A stretch of DNA of 64,000 bases, from positions 90,873,353 to 90,937,352 of the forward strand of contig NC_057718.1 of the NCBI RefSeq assembly GCF_004010195.1, given 5' to 3'. The notes beneath the pieces are model-generated. The model was not told the DNA's origin and did no database searches. It saw only the letters and a program-made list of their open reading frames with translations. The DNA is from Chiloscyllium plagiosum. Its lineage: Eukaryota. A program made the position numbers and the translations under genes. Below are positions 24,880 through 38,330 of the stretch, piece after piece (the first letter of the stretch is position 1; every line of letters begins with the position of its first letter).

Positions 24880-25946
24880 ACGAAAAACCTGCGCACATGG
24901 ATTGTTGAATCAAATCTGATACTTAAATACTTCATTCGTTAAAACTGAGGGGAGTTAAGTATTTTCACACCATACCATCCTGGAAGAGAAGGAGTTAGAG
25001 TTAACTCTAACCTGCAGAGATTACAGTACAATGGCTAAACAACCTCGTGGCTCAAATGATGTAAAAGGGGAAATCATGGCCCATTACAAAGGGTTCTAAA
25101 ACTAGCTGTCTAGTTCACAGATAGAGGAAACAATGTAGGAAAGCCAGATGTCAAGGAGGAAGTTGTGTAATGAACCAGCCACAGTTTTAGTGAAGGGACC
25201 CACTGCTGACTCAGCCTAAGGCTGAAAATCAGCTAAAACCTGACATGGGCAAAACGCACAGAAACTTGCTCCAGTGTTGTTTTGTAACCACCATCCTGGT
25301 CAGACAGTAGGGATCCAAGATGCATCTGTCACAGCTGACCTGCAGTCATGCGACTGACGGATTTGAGCTCGCGTGCAGACTTAACCCACCACTAAACCAC
25401 ATGATTCCAAGATTGGAACTTTATCTTGCCCAAGGCTTTGTATTTTATTTAGTGAGGAGGTTGGAAATTCAAATCGTAAGATTCACATTGTGACTCATTT
25501 GCCCACCATCCACTGGCACCATCTGCCAAGCTGAAAATGAATTTTGCACTTGTCAATTCGCCAATGAATGGATCATTCCTGTTTCAAGTACTCAGTAAAG
25601 TGGGAAATGATCTCAGATCAGCGTGCCTCAAGTAGTGACCGACTGTTGAGCAGCTTCAGTATCCCACACTTCAGACTCACCTGACAGAAACTGAGATTGG
25701 GGAATGAACATCAATCACCCATTATGCTTCATCAATTAAAACTAAGAGAACGAAAATCATAGGGAGTATTGTCCTATTGCTTAGGTTCTAGACCAAACAG
25801 ATACCTTTAAGATAGTTACTTGACCACATGATGTGATGCTCCAATATGAAAGTACCCGCCTTCAGTCGTTTCTTTCTCTGTGTATTGGAATCAATATAGA
25901 GTCTTCAGTCACCTGTGTGTATGCAATGTACAGTGACAACAGTTGA

Positions 25947-26265
25947 GAGGTAATGGCCTAATGGTATTATTGCTGGATTGTTAACCCAGAGACCTAAGTG
26001 GTGACCTGGGTTCAAAACCCACCACGGCAGATGATGGAATTTGAATTCAAATAAAAATCTGGGATTGAGAGTCCAATGATGATTATGAATTGATTGTTGG
26101 AAAAACCCATCTGGTTCACTAATGTCCTTTAGGAAAGGAAACTGCCATCCTTACCTAGTCGGGCCCACATGTGACTCCATACCCACAGCAATGTGGTTGA
26201 CTCTTAACTGCCTTCTGGGAAGCGCAATAAGTCCATAGTGATATCCTGATCCTGTGAATGATTAA
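25947..26265 (+). mobile_element. SINE family B, near full length
   Basis: gaggtaatggcctaatggta A box, gggttcaaaaccc B box, shared core. Confidence 0.78.
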
Positions 26266-26914
26266 GAAGAAAATAACCTGTGTGTGTAAGTCTGTGATAT
26301 TGTAGTCCAGCATATTGTTAGTGTTGTAAATAAACTTCCAGATATATGCTTCAACAAGAACCCAACTCTCTGTGGTATATGAAGTCAGAAGTTACACGAC
26401 ACCAGGTTATAATCCAATAGGTTTATTTGAAATCAGAAGCTTTTGAAATCAGATGAACTCTGTAGTATATGTTATATGGGCTAACATATAAGAAACTACA
26501 AAGCATATCAAACAGCATGTTTTTGATTTACCAATATATAAACCCTTGAATGCACAAAACTGTATCTTTCTAGTTTGTTGTACCAAATTGTACTCTCTGT
26601 CTTGCCAACACTCTGGAAACACTCTGCCACACCAAACATTGCATCTCATAGTTTCCCTCCTGTGGTCTCTCCAGGTGAGGTTGGCTTTTATTTGTGTCAA
26701 ATTTGATTCACTTCTAAGCAAACAGTGAACCTTATTGAACTAATACTTGGTGTAACATCAGTGCCACAGAGCATAGTCTGAATGATCCGATGAAGTTCCA
26801 TGCTCAGTCCTGCATGCCTTTTCATTCAATTCAGTAAGCCACCAAATTCATCAAGAACAAAATGTTATCTCACTTTCTGTGTCATTGGATGAATTGGTTA
26901 ACACAGTCCTCCTA

Positions 26915-27012
26915 TGTTCTGGATTAGTGGTGCTGGAAGAGCACAGCAGTTCAGGCAGCATCCAAGGAGCAGCGAAATCGATGTTTCGGGCAAAAGCCCT
27001 TCATCAGGAATT
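26915..27012 (-). mobile_element. Penelope pLTR fragment with hammerhead core
   Basis: Minus strand reads ttcCTGATGAagggcttttgcccGAAAcaTCgattt. Confidence 0.7.
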
Positions 27013-27129
27013 CTCTTACAACAGGTGAGACACTCTCAATCTCTTTCCTTAAATTTGAAGTGTGGAGAGTACTAGATGACAGGGTGGGATAAGCTCCCTA
27101 CATTTATCTGAATCTTCTCGACACGGAAT

Positions 27130-28365
27130 TGAGGACAAATTATTGACATGGCTGGGAAATTGGCTGAGAGGCGAGCAACAGAAAGTGGGGATATTGGATT
27201 GGATGTGACCAGTGGTGTCCCACAAGGATCTGTGTTAGCACCTCTTTCACTTAGTCACATACCCAATTTTGCTGATGATACGAAATTCAGTGTCATTGTA
27301 GACAGTGTAGATAATAGCATAAAATTACAAAGGGATGTGGATAGACTAGGTGAATGGGCAAAACTGCGGCAGATGGAGTTCAATGTAAGCAAGGGTGAGG
27401 TATCCACTTTGGACCAATAAAGCATGGATCAGGATACTTTCTAGATGGTATATAGTTAAATACAGTGGATGTTCAAGGAGATCTGGGAGTTCAGGTGCAT
27501 AGATCTTTAAAATGCCACATACAGGTACAGAAAGTAATCAGCAAAGACAATAGAATGCTGATCTTTATGTCCAGAGGACTGGAGTATAAGGATACAGAAG
27601 TTATGCTTCAGTGATACAAAACCCTGGCTAGACCACACTTGGAGTACAGTATTTTAAGCATATCTGGGCACCATACTTTAAGAAGGATATATTGGCCTTG
27701 GAGGGTGTACAATATTAGTTTACAAGAATGATACCGGACTTCAGGAGTTAAGTTATGAGGAGAGATTATACAAATTAGGACTTTTTTCTCCAAAATTTAC
27801 AGTTAAGGGGTAATCTGGTTGAAGTCAGCAACATTTTAATAGAAAAAGGTGGGGCAGATAAAATAAACTATTTCCACTAGTTGGGGATTCTGAGAATTAA
27901 GAAGTCTGAGAATTAATGACAGACCATTCGGGGAGATATATAAGGAAATACTTCTACATACAAAGGATGGGATATGTTTCAAACTCTCTTCCACAAACAA
28001 CAGTTAAACAGTCCAATACAGTACAGACCATTCGGCCCTCGATGTTGTGCCGGCCTTCTATCCTACTCTAAGCTCAGATTAATCTACGTACCTTTCATTG
28101 TACTAACTTTCATGTGCCTATCCAAGAGTCTCTTAAATATCCCTAATGCATCTGATTTTACTACCACTGCTGGCAGTGCATTCCTTGCTAGATCAGTTGT
28201 TAGTTTTAAATCTGAGACAGATTTTGTTTGGTAAGCAAAGGTATTAAGAGATTTGGGTCAAAGGCAAGTATATGGAGTTAGGCCACAGATCAGCCACAAT
28301 CTCAATGAGTGATGGAACTGACTCGAGAGGCTGAATGGTCTGTTCCTGTTCTTTTCTATGTTCAT
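27130..28365 (+). mobile_element. Degenerate CR1 LINE (RT C-half and tail), with an antisense CR1 tail insert at about 28005-28185
   Basis: VTSGVPQGSVL, FADDTK and LQRDVDRLGEWAK..QMEFNVSK motifs. Confidence 0.85.
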
Positions 28366-29204
28366 ATAACATTAAGCTCTGTCAGATCACTTTGACTCAT
28401 CATGGATTAGCTCCTTGTCTTGTGCATAATCAGGAATGTGATTTCAAAGTTCCAACTAATTGAAAAGAACTCCAGAAGAAAAGATACAGGGTGAGGATAT
28501 TTCAAATCAGCAATAAAAATGTGTCAGGAGAGAGAGGTGTCATTTAAATGTCACAACCAAGTGATAAAAACACAACAGTTTAATGAAGAAAAAACTAATA
28601 GAAGATACATCTGCCAGTCTGATTTGGTAACTTTATTGTGTTGAAATTCATGCCGGTTGTATAAGGCTTTTAAGCTTTTGATTGTAATCTTGGATTTAAG
28701 ATGATGATCGATGTTTACTAAGCCTGTTAAGTCTTATCTCTCTAATAGGAGATAAATTGTTATTTATTGCAACCTAATGCAAAATAGTCTGGCTTAAGGA
28801 AACACTCAAAATTAACACAAATCATGAATCCAACTGAGAAAGGTACGAAAATCTTTCTTGATTCCTGGAATATGTGGCTGATACTGGCAAAGCCATAACC
28901 CATCAGGGATCTATAATTGTTGTGAGCCACTTTCTATAACTACTCCCGTTCATGTGGTAAAAGAGAAATCCATATTAGAGAAGATGACCCAGGATTTTGA
29001 CCCAGTATTTGCATGGCAATGGCAATACATGTCCAACTCAGGATGGTATATGACTTGCAGGGGAACGAGAAGGTGCTGGTGCTCTCAGTTTCTAGATGGT
29101 TGAGGCCACAAGGTGTTTGAGAGATGCCCAATTGTCCTGATGATCCCTTTATCTGAAAATCTTTTACATTTTTTTATGAAAAGAATTGGATGATCGTTTT
29201 AAGA

Positions 29205-31030
29205 AGCAGTAATGGGGCACAAAGAAATGGTGGAAGAATTGAATAAGTACTTTGCATCAGTCTTCACTGTGGAACACACCAGCAACGCACCAGAACATCA
29301 AGAGAGTCAGGGGCCAGAGGTGAGTGTCACGGTCATCACTAAGGAGAAGGTGCTAGGGAAGCTGAAAGGTCTGAAGATGGATAAACCACTTGGAGCAGAT
29401 GGACTACACCCCAGAAGCAGATAGCTGAGGGGATTGTAGAGGTACTAGTGGTGATCTTTAAGGAATTACTAGAGTCAGGGAGGTTTCAAGAGGCTCGGAA
29501 AATGGCTAATGTAACATTTCAGGTTAAGAAGGGAAAGAGGCACAAGGCAGGAAATTATAGGCTGGTTAGCCTGACCTCGGTCATGACTAAGATTTTAAAG
29601 TCCATTATTAAAGGTGAGATTGCAGAGTACTTGGTAGTGCTTGGTCGAACATGGCTCATTAAGGGGAGACCATGCCTGACAAATCCATTGGAATTCTTTG
29701 AGGAGTTAATTAGTATGGTTAGTTAAAAGAGATCCAGTGGATATGATCTACTTGGATATCCAGTAAGCCTTTATCAAGGTGCTGCACAGGAGGCTGGTAA
29801 ATGAAAGCTGCACAGGAGGCTGGTAAATGGTGTTAAGGGCAAGGTACTGGCATGGATTGGCTGACTGGCAGAAGGTCGAGAGTAGTGATGAACAAGTTTT
29901 TTTTCAGGATGGCAGCTGGTGACTAGTGGAGATCAGAACGGATGTGTGTTGGGACAACTACGTACGTTATACATTAACGATTTGGACAAAGGAACTGAAG
30001 GCATTGTTGCTAAGTTTTCAGATGACACAAAAAGATAGTTGGAGGGGCAGGTAGTGTTGAGAAAGTGGGGAGGTTGCAGAAGGACCTGGACAGGCTGGGA
30101 GAGTGGGCAAAGAAGTGGCAGATGGAATACAAAGTGGGAAAGTGTGGCGTTCTGCATTTTGATCAGAAGAATAGAGGCATAGCCTATTTTCTAAACAGGG
30201 AAAGGCTTTGGAAATCTAAAGCACAAAAGGAGTTCTAGTTTAGGATTCTCTTAATGTTAAAATGCAGGTTCAGTTGGCAGTTAGGAAGACAAATGCAATG
30301 TAAATGTAGGCTAGAATACAAGAGCAGAGATGTACTGCTGAGGCTTTACAAAGCTCTGGTCAGATTGCGTTAGGAACATGGTGGGCAGTTTTTGACTCCA
30401 TTTTTAAGGAAGCATGTGCTGGCCTTGGAGGGGGTCGAGAAGAGGTTTACAAGAATGATAGGATAGTGTAGGAGGATGGCCTTAGATTAGTTCACAAGCC
30501 AACGCAACATCAAGCGCCGAAGGGCCTGTCCTGCACTGTCTTATTCTATGTTCTAAATTCTATCCCAGGGATGAAGGGTTTGTCATATCAGGAAGGGTTG
30601 AGGACTCTGGATATATTCTCGATGGAGTTTAGAAAGATGGGGGGATCTGACTGAAACTTACAGAATGCTGAGAGTCCTGGATAAAGCGGACATGGAGAAG
30701 AAGTTTCCATTAGTAAGGGAAACTAGGACCCTAGGACACAGCCTCAGAGTGAAGGAATGACCCTTTAGAACTGAGATGAGGAGGAATTTCTTCAGCCAGA
30801 AGGTGGTTCATCTGTGGAACTCATTGCCACAGAGGGCTGTGGAGGCCAAGTCACTGGGTGTATTTAAGACAGAGTTTGACAGACTCTTGATTGGTAAGGT
30901 GGTCAAAGGTTACAGGACAAAGGCAAGAGAAAGAGGTTGAGAAACAGATTAATCATGACCGAATGGTGGAGCACTTGATGGGCCAAACGGCCTAATTCTG
31001 CTCCTGTCTTGTATGGTCTTATGGTCTTAA
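29205..31030 (+). mobile_element. Degenerate CR1 LINE ORF2 fragment
   Basis: LNKYFASVFT, GADGLHPR, NYRLVSLTS, CLTNPLEFFE; atggtcttatggtctta tail. Confidence 0.88.
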
Positions 31031-31839
31031 GACAGAGTTAAGTTACAATGGCAGCCTGTGGAATTTTGCCTCCTGTTATACACAATGGCTTGACTATTCT
31101 TTCATCTGCTCAAAGTCCAACTGGCCAATATTTAAAGAAAAAAACTCTGTGTGGATGAGTCACGGTTTGACAACAGCGTTTATTTTTTTATGAAAGCAGT
31201 CTCCCTTTGTGAATCAGCGAGTGTGAGAGATGTGCCAAGACAGTCTGCCCATTGAGAACAATGGAAGTGCGAGAGGGCAATAATACAAAGTAGTGTGCGT
31301 GTTCACAGCCGTCCTCTCATTACTCCTTTGTTTTCAGCGGAAGGATATCAATAAGGGTGTGGTGGAAGAAAACATTGACTGTATTTAGTGGAGGGGACAG
31401 GGATGATGCCCACCAACCGCTAGAGTGGCAATCAGGACTAAAATGAGCAGTGGCAGGTTTTGCCTGGGATTACGGACTCTGAAGGTAGATGTTCTGCCCA
31501 TCAAGATGCTGACAGATCCTCACTGTTTAGGGCAGCTACCTATGGCACACCCACCTGAGACCTATCATTACCACGGATTCAAGCACAATTGAGGGATTGC
31601 GGAACGGGATGTCAGGGTGAGGGCTGCGGAAAGGTCACCAGCGGGCTCCAGATGGGGAAGCGGCTCGCAGTGACCCTACTCTCACCCCCTTGCCCCTCCC
31701 ACTTTCCTCATACCGCATCTTTCAAACTGGCACTGAGCCCCTCGGAACAAAGGGTGCCCCCTCACTCCCAAAAAAAAACTCACCAGCAAACATGCCCTCA
31801 GTTACCTTTGACTTCACTAACCCGCATTGCAAGTCGTTA

Positions 31840-32046
31840 TTGTGTTGTCATAGTCTGACCAGACCACAGGGGCTGCTCTCTCATCAGGGAGAAGTGACTG
31901 GTGGTGATTTCACCTGAGGGCCACCAGACCTTCAGGGATGGAAGAGGGTGAGAAGGAGAATCCTTCATCGTAACCTCAAACCGGTGATGGGAATTGAACC
32001 CATACTACTCTCCAAACCAACAATCCAGCCAACTGAGCTAAACCAA
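31840..32046 (-). mobile_element. SINE family D
   Basis: Antisense tRNA-like head (gggaattgaaccc..ccaactgagcta); match to 7299-7430. Confidence 0.6.
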
Positions 32047-33844
32047 TTGCCTCATTGCAGGTACCCATCATTGGGTAATAACCAACAATAGGAGGATAAG
32101 GGATCTTATTGGGTCATTAATTGCCCATTTGAGAACCCCCGCTGTTAAGGCTGAGGTAGAAGGTCCCAACTGAATTGGGACAATGGCAAGAAAGCAGCAG
32201 GATGTTACCCATCTTCCTCCTGTTTGATTAAATGTGACGCCTACCCCTGGCTAACTATGCCAAGGAGGAAGGGTATCATGCCTTACTTTAACTAATTACC
32301 TTTCGCACGTTGAAAAGAGCTTTGTCTGGTTTAATTATTTTTCAAAATCATGTAGTACGTGTGCCTGCACACATAGGACAAGCACAGAAAGATCCCAGTA
32401 TGCCAACATGCCCATTCCCAGCTGGTCACAGCACGGAGAACCCCCAAGCCATTGCCATATTGCCCTGGATTAGAGAGAGCAGCTCAGTCAGGATTCCACC
32501 TATGGACTGGCATTCAATTACTCCACTGGATGCCAAGCAGGACAACCCTGGAAGAGGTGTGTCTTGTCAGCCTTTCTGAAATCCCAAAGCAAGACCAGGG
32601 CAGGCTATTTGACTGGGCTGTGATGCTGCTGCAGTCAAATAGCCTGCTGGTCAATGCCCTATTCAGGTTTCCCAGCAATATCTTGAGGAAAGCAGAAGAC
32701 AGAGGAAGTACTGAAAAGGCAGGAAAGGAAGGAATACAGATGTCTGTGAAAGTCATTCTGCAGACAAAGCTTAAGAAGGAGATACATACCTGAGATAACT
32801 TGAGCATGTGGTTTCAGTAATAATAACAGGCTACCTCAGTATTAACTATTAATTCCATTTTTAGTCACTTTTTTTTTCAGTGACAGCACAATTCGTTGCA
32901 TAGCGGTTTTTATTCTTAATTCCTTCGAAAGCAAAGGGATAAAAATGCAGTAATCCCTGGATTATTGTTAGTAGTCTTCAGGATATTTTCTTGATGTGAT
33001 CTATTACCCTGGTGTCGGGCTGTGCCGGGAAGATTCACAGTCGTCTGGATATTATCCACAGCGATGTTAAGTAGCGAGATGAATCATCACTGAGGATTCT
33101 TTGTTCTCTGTGGCTCAGACCACAGCATTCATCAGCAGGATTCAGAAGGCCCCGTGTATGCAACACCGCAGCAAGTCAGACGGGAACATTGTGCCTGTGA
33201 ACTGATAATGATAACTTCATATGAGGAATCAAAGTTCTCAGCACAGGCTTTGTTTTTAGAGAAGGAAGTTTCCTCACCATCTGCGGCCTTTCATTCCAGG
33301 ATCTATGTGAAATAAATTACTTTTGTGTGCAAGGGACCCGTTCAGAAGAAACATTGAATGAAATATTCCCAGAAGTAATTGCCTTCACAGTGCAAGTTAC
33401 TATCCTGAATGTTGGCACGAAATCCCCTTTAACATTTTGATTCTGAATTCATTCAATCCTACAGCTTGGTTCTCAGAATTTGTTTAAATTCACCTGTTCA
33501 GATACAACACATTCCTGGAACAGGTGAGACTTGAACCTGTGTCTCCAGGTTGGGACTCTATCAGAGCACCACAAGTGCCCTTTCCAGCTTTATTCTATTC
33601 AATCAGCATTTTGCTTGAGGGGGCAGTGTTGTTATTAATAGCGACACATGAGTTTTTCAACCATTTCTGCACAAAGTCTGAGCATTAATTAAACCTAACT
33701 GCAGCTGGCCCTCATAAAGGCCAAATCCATTCAGAAAGCAACAAAACCACCAGCACACAGTCACATCCTAGTAACACAGAGACACCATGATGCTTATACC
33801 AGCTGCTGCCACGGTTGGAGGAGGAGAACGGGGTGGTCACAGCA

Positions 33845-34131
33845 ATCATAGAATCCCTACAGCAGACCATTCAGCCCTTTGAGTCCACTCTGACCCTCTG
33901 AAGAGCATCCCGACCAGACCCATTCCATTCCTGCATTTCCCCAGGCTACCTAACCAAATCTGCACAATTTAGCATGGCCAATCCACCTAACCTGCACAGT
34001 TTTGGGCAGTGGGAGGAAACCCACACAGACATGGGCAGAACGTGCAAACTCTACACAGAACAGTCACCCAAGGGTGGAATCAAACCCGGGTCCCTGGTAC
34101 TATGAGGTAGCAGTGCTAACCTCTGAGCCAC
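33845..34131 (-). mobile_element. HE1-type SINE
   Basis: Diagnostic antisense blocks. Confidence 0.8.
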
Positions 34132-35225
34132 CCATACCCTTTGCTGTGAGATTGTCTCGACACACTGGAAATTCTTGGCTGTTTGCGAACCACAAACCGC
34201 TGTCTGAGAAGCCGAATACTGCAGGTGCTGGAAATAAAAAAAACAGAAAGCTGCTGGGAATACTCAGCAGGTCAGGCAGCATCTGTGGAGGAAGAGAGAG
34301 AGAGAGAGAAAGCACATTTCACAATCCTTCCTGAGAATGGGGATAAGTTAGAGACAGGACAGGATTTGAGCAAGAGATGGAGGTAGATATGGGCAAAGGA
34401 AGGTCTATGGTAGGTGGAAACCTGGAGAGATGGAAGGATAGAAGGGGTCATCATCTGTTTCTTTAGCTCAGGTTTTCCAGTGACCAGATAGTCACAGTCA
34501 ATGTACAGTAGATGGGGTCGTGTATGGGGACTAGATGCAATCCCAATGGTAATAGACGCTATGGGAATTACCCAGGAAATTGAAACCATTCCCTTTCACC
34601 TGTAACTCTTTAAAGTTATCCATTTAAATCAGAGGGTGCCACTAAAGCAAAGCAAATATTTACTCAGGAAAAGTGAGACTATTAAATTCCTAGTCTAGTT
34701 CCGACTAGCGATTCAACTGAGCCCCAGCTTACTCACAGCACTGACACAGTACCCAATGTCTCCACTCCCTCAGCTGGGACACAACCCTGGATGTGACCTC
34801 TCTTGCCCTGCCATGAAATCAGCCAATCCCACTCCCCCTGCAACCTGACCTAAGTCTCCCCCAGCCTCCAATATCTCCCTCCCACCCTGACCTAACCTAA
34901 ACACTCCATCGCTTCTCAAGCCCCTTCACCCTGGCACCTGACCCACCCAGTAACCTACATACCTAACACCTCACATGCACCTACTTGGCACCATACCCAA
35001 ATGGTATGTGACCTACTTGGCACTTCCCTACCCATCTAGCATCCTCCTCAGCATTGTAGCCTCGCACCTAAGTTCTTATCCTTTGACAGCAGCTGCCTTT
35101 GATGCTTGTCTTTTCTAGTATAGCTGTGAGAAAGGGATCTGCCTTACCTTCTCCCATCATTCAATACCACTATGAACCTGTCAGAATGGATTTACAGCTC
35201 TGCACATCTGAAAGAGTCCTGCTCA

Positions 35226-35520
35226 GAGTCATAAAATCGCTACAGTACAGAAAAAGGCCATTCAGCCCATCAGGTCAGCACCGACCCTCCTAAGAGCATC
35301 CCACCCCAGCCACTCCTCTATCCCTGCAGTGCAGCATTCCCCATGGCCAATTCACCCCAACCTGCACGTCATTGGACTGTGGGAGGAAACTGGAGCAAAC
35401 CCATGCAGATACAGGGAGAACATTCAAACTCTACACAGTCAGTTGCCCAAAGTGGAAATTGAACCTGGGACCCTGGCGCTGTGAGGTAGCAGTGCTAACC
35501 ACAGCACCACCGTGCCACCC
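35226..35520 (-). mobile_element. HE1-type SINE
   Basis: Diagnostic antisense blocks. Confidence 0.8.
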
Positions 35521-36274
35521 ACCCTCACCCTGGTATCCTACCCACCCAGTAACCTACATACCCGACACCTTATCCCTAGTCTCCTTTCAGAAATATTTGT
35601 TGTACGTAAAAAAAGAATGGAAAGCCTTGCCCATTTTTTTGCTTGCCCCCCCATTAGCATTGTCTTTAGCCCTGGAGGATCAACTCTCTGTCATTGACCT
35701 GAAACGTTAACTGTTTCTCACTGCCCAGCTGTTGCCAAATACTTAGAAGCGTTTTCTGTTTTTATTTCAAATTTGATCTCAGCCCAGCCTGGATGAGACA
35801 ATGATATTTTGTTCCTTGGTAGAGTTATAGGGGGATTGAAAATATTACATTTGAGCTGTGAAATTAGCAACTTTAAGCATCCAAGCATGATTTGTTCTGA
35901 AGATCATTTGATAGCCAGAAACCCTGCAGGAATTCACTGCACGATTTCATTACTGATCATTTCTGACAAGCCAGCTGGTTGGAGACCAAAGTATTGACAT
36001 AGCAACTTTTCATACTGGTGTCAATTTTTCCACAATCTTAATTCCATTTGGTTGCGCATGTGTGAAAGTGTTTATCCTCTTGCAGAACAGAAGTGCTTGA
36101 GGTCAAAGAAAAAATAGATTTACTACGCTAGTGAAAGCAAATATCTCACCTCAATGAATAATATCAGTGTTAGGAAAAGGGCTGTTTTTTTCTGCCTTTT
36201 CTATCCCCCCAACAGTTCAAGCGCAGGATTTTAGTGATAGAATTCCACACCTTCTGTGACAACAACTCTATGAG

Positions 36275-37070
36275 TTGATATAGCCATTTAATGTGGGAAA
36301 ATGCTCCCAGTGCTTCACAGGTGGGCAGTCAGACTAAATTTGATACTGAGTCACGTGAGGAAATAGAAGACAGGAAAGAGTTAGATTTTTAAGGAATAAT
36401 TTCAAGGAGGAAAGAAGGGAAGAGGGAGACAAAGTGATTCAATCAGGGAATTCCAGAGTTTAGTTGGGGAATTCCAGAGTTTAAAGGGGGAATTCCAGAC
36501 CTTAGGACATAAACAGGTGGACACATAGCTGTCAATGATAGGGCAATAGCTCAAGAGAATCAGGAATTGGAAGAATACGGATAACTCCAAGCATTGTAAG
36601 GAGGTTACAGAGGGAGGCAAGGACAAGACCATGGAGGGATTCTGAAACGTAGTTGAGAACTTTGGGATTGAGACATTGTTTAACCGGGAGCCAGTTTTGG
36701 GCAGTGAACACAGAAATGAAAGATGAACGGGATTCAGTGCAAGAGAGGATGTTGATACATTTGTGGAGGGTGGAAAATGAGAATACGGCCTTAGAACAGA
36801 GGTGACAAAGGGACGGCTGAGGGTTTCAACTCAGGTGAAATATGGTGAGGTGAGGCAGGAACAAAGTCATGTGATGTTATGGTAGTAGACACAGCTGGAT
36901 AATAGGATTGTCTTAAAGGAGGATGGAGAAATAGATGTATTTAGGGAGGGAATTTGGAGGCTTAAAGCCTTGGCTGTGTTGGAACAAATAATACCAGATG
37001 TACAAGAAGCCAGAGATGGAGGAGTACAAAGCTCTCTGAGTTTAATGACTGGAAGAGGTTACAGAGATGG
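36275..37070 (-). mobile_element. Old L2-like LINE 3' fragments
   Basis: atatagccatttaatgt..cccagtgcttcacagg tail and gggaattccagag..ttagg motifs; inverse of the L2-like tail at 51950-52262. Confidence 0.5.
36446..36499. repeat. 21-bp tandem repeat, about 2.5 copies
   Basis: gggaattccaga starts at 36446, 36467 and 36488. Confidence 0.8.
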
Positions 37071-37086
37071 GGAGTTTTATTTAGAT

Positions 37087-38330
37087 TATTCACACATGGG
37101 ATTTGGTATTGGTGGCTAAGCACACATTTATTGTTCATCCTTAATTGCCCTTGAGGAGGCGGTGATAAGCTACCTTCCTGCCCTGCCATGGTCCGTGAGG
37201 TGTAGGTACACCCACAGTGCTGTTAGGGAGGGGGTTCCAGCATTTTGACCCAGTGACACTAAAGGAACAGTGATATACTTCTGAGTCAAGATGGTGGGTG
37301 GCTTGGAGATAAACTTGGAAATGGCGGTGTTCCCATGTATCATCTGCCCTTGTCCTTATATGTGCTAGCAGTCATGGGTTGAGAAGTGGCCATTGGAGGA
37401 GCCTTAGTGAGATGCCGCAGTGTACCTTGGAAGTGGTACTACTGTCACTGTGTATCTGTAGTGAGGGGTGTGCATATGGAATGTGATGGATGAGCTACAG
37501 AGTGCTTTATTTTGAATGGTGCTGAGATCGAGTATTGTTGGGGCTGCACCCCTGCAGGCAAGTGAAGAGTATTCCATTATGCTCCTGACTTGTGCCTTGC
37601 AGATGATGGACAGATAATGGACAGTCAGGAAGTGAGTTATTTGCAAAAGAGTTCTTAGCATTTGACATGCTCCTGTAGCCACAGTATTTACATGACTCAC
37701 TCAGTTCAATTTCTGATCAACGGTAACCTCGCCAAATTGTTGATAGTGGGACATTCAGTTCTGCCAGGGGCTCAGTGACATGTAGTGATAGTCAGATTCT
37801 CCTTTGTTTGAGTGGTAAGTACCATTCACACCTTACATCAGCCTAAGTCTGATCATTTCTGGGTTTTGCGCATATGAACACAAGCTGCTTCAGTACCTGA
37901 GGAGATATGCATGATGCTGAACATTGTACCATCTTCAGAGAACATCCCCCTCTCTGACCTCTTCATGGAGGGAGGGTCATTGATGGAGCAACTGAAGATA
38001 ATTGGGCTGAGGACACAACTCTGAGGAATGCTTGCAGTGATGAACTGGGACTGAAATGATTGGTCTCCAACAAGCATAATTAACCATCTCCATGTGTGCC
38101 AAGTTTTATTCCAACCAGCAGAGAGTTTTCTCCCTGATTCCCATTAACTCCTGTTTTGCTAGGCCTCCTTGATGTTGTCAGTCAAACGCTGTCTTGATAT
38201 CATTGTCACTTCATCTCTGCAAGGTCAGCTCTTTTGAGCCATGCCAGGTTGAAGATGGTAATCAGCTGAAGGTTTCCTTGACCATGTTTGATCTGATGCC
38301 ATGAGACTTCATGAGTCAAGGTCAACTGTC
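37087..38330 (-). mobile_element. CR1-group LINE (family B partner), 3' fragment
   Basis: Minus-strand KAQVRSIMEYSSLA, SIPQSCVLSPIIFSCSIND, MFSEDGTMF; tail shared with SINE family B. Confidence 0.75.

Noticed and set aside
26590..26900. Possible degraded gag on the minus strand
   Set aside because: Motifs too weak to support without a profile search.
32452..32793. 113-aa ORF as a RIN2 exon
   Set aside because: No similarity to the recalled RIN2 sequence; non-ATG start.
36446..36499. Short direct repeats resembling a CRISPR array
   Set aside because: Simple tandem duplication inside an L2 relic, no unique spacers, vertebrate context.
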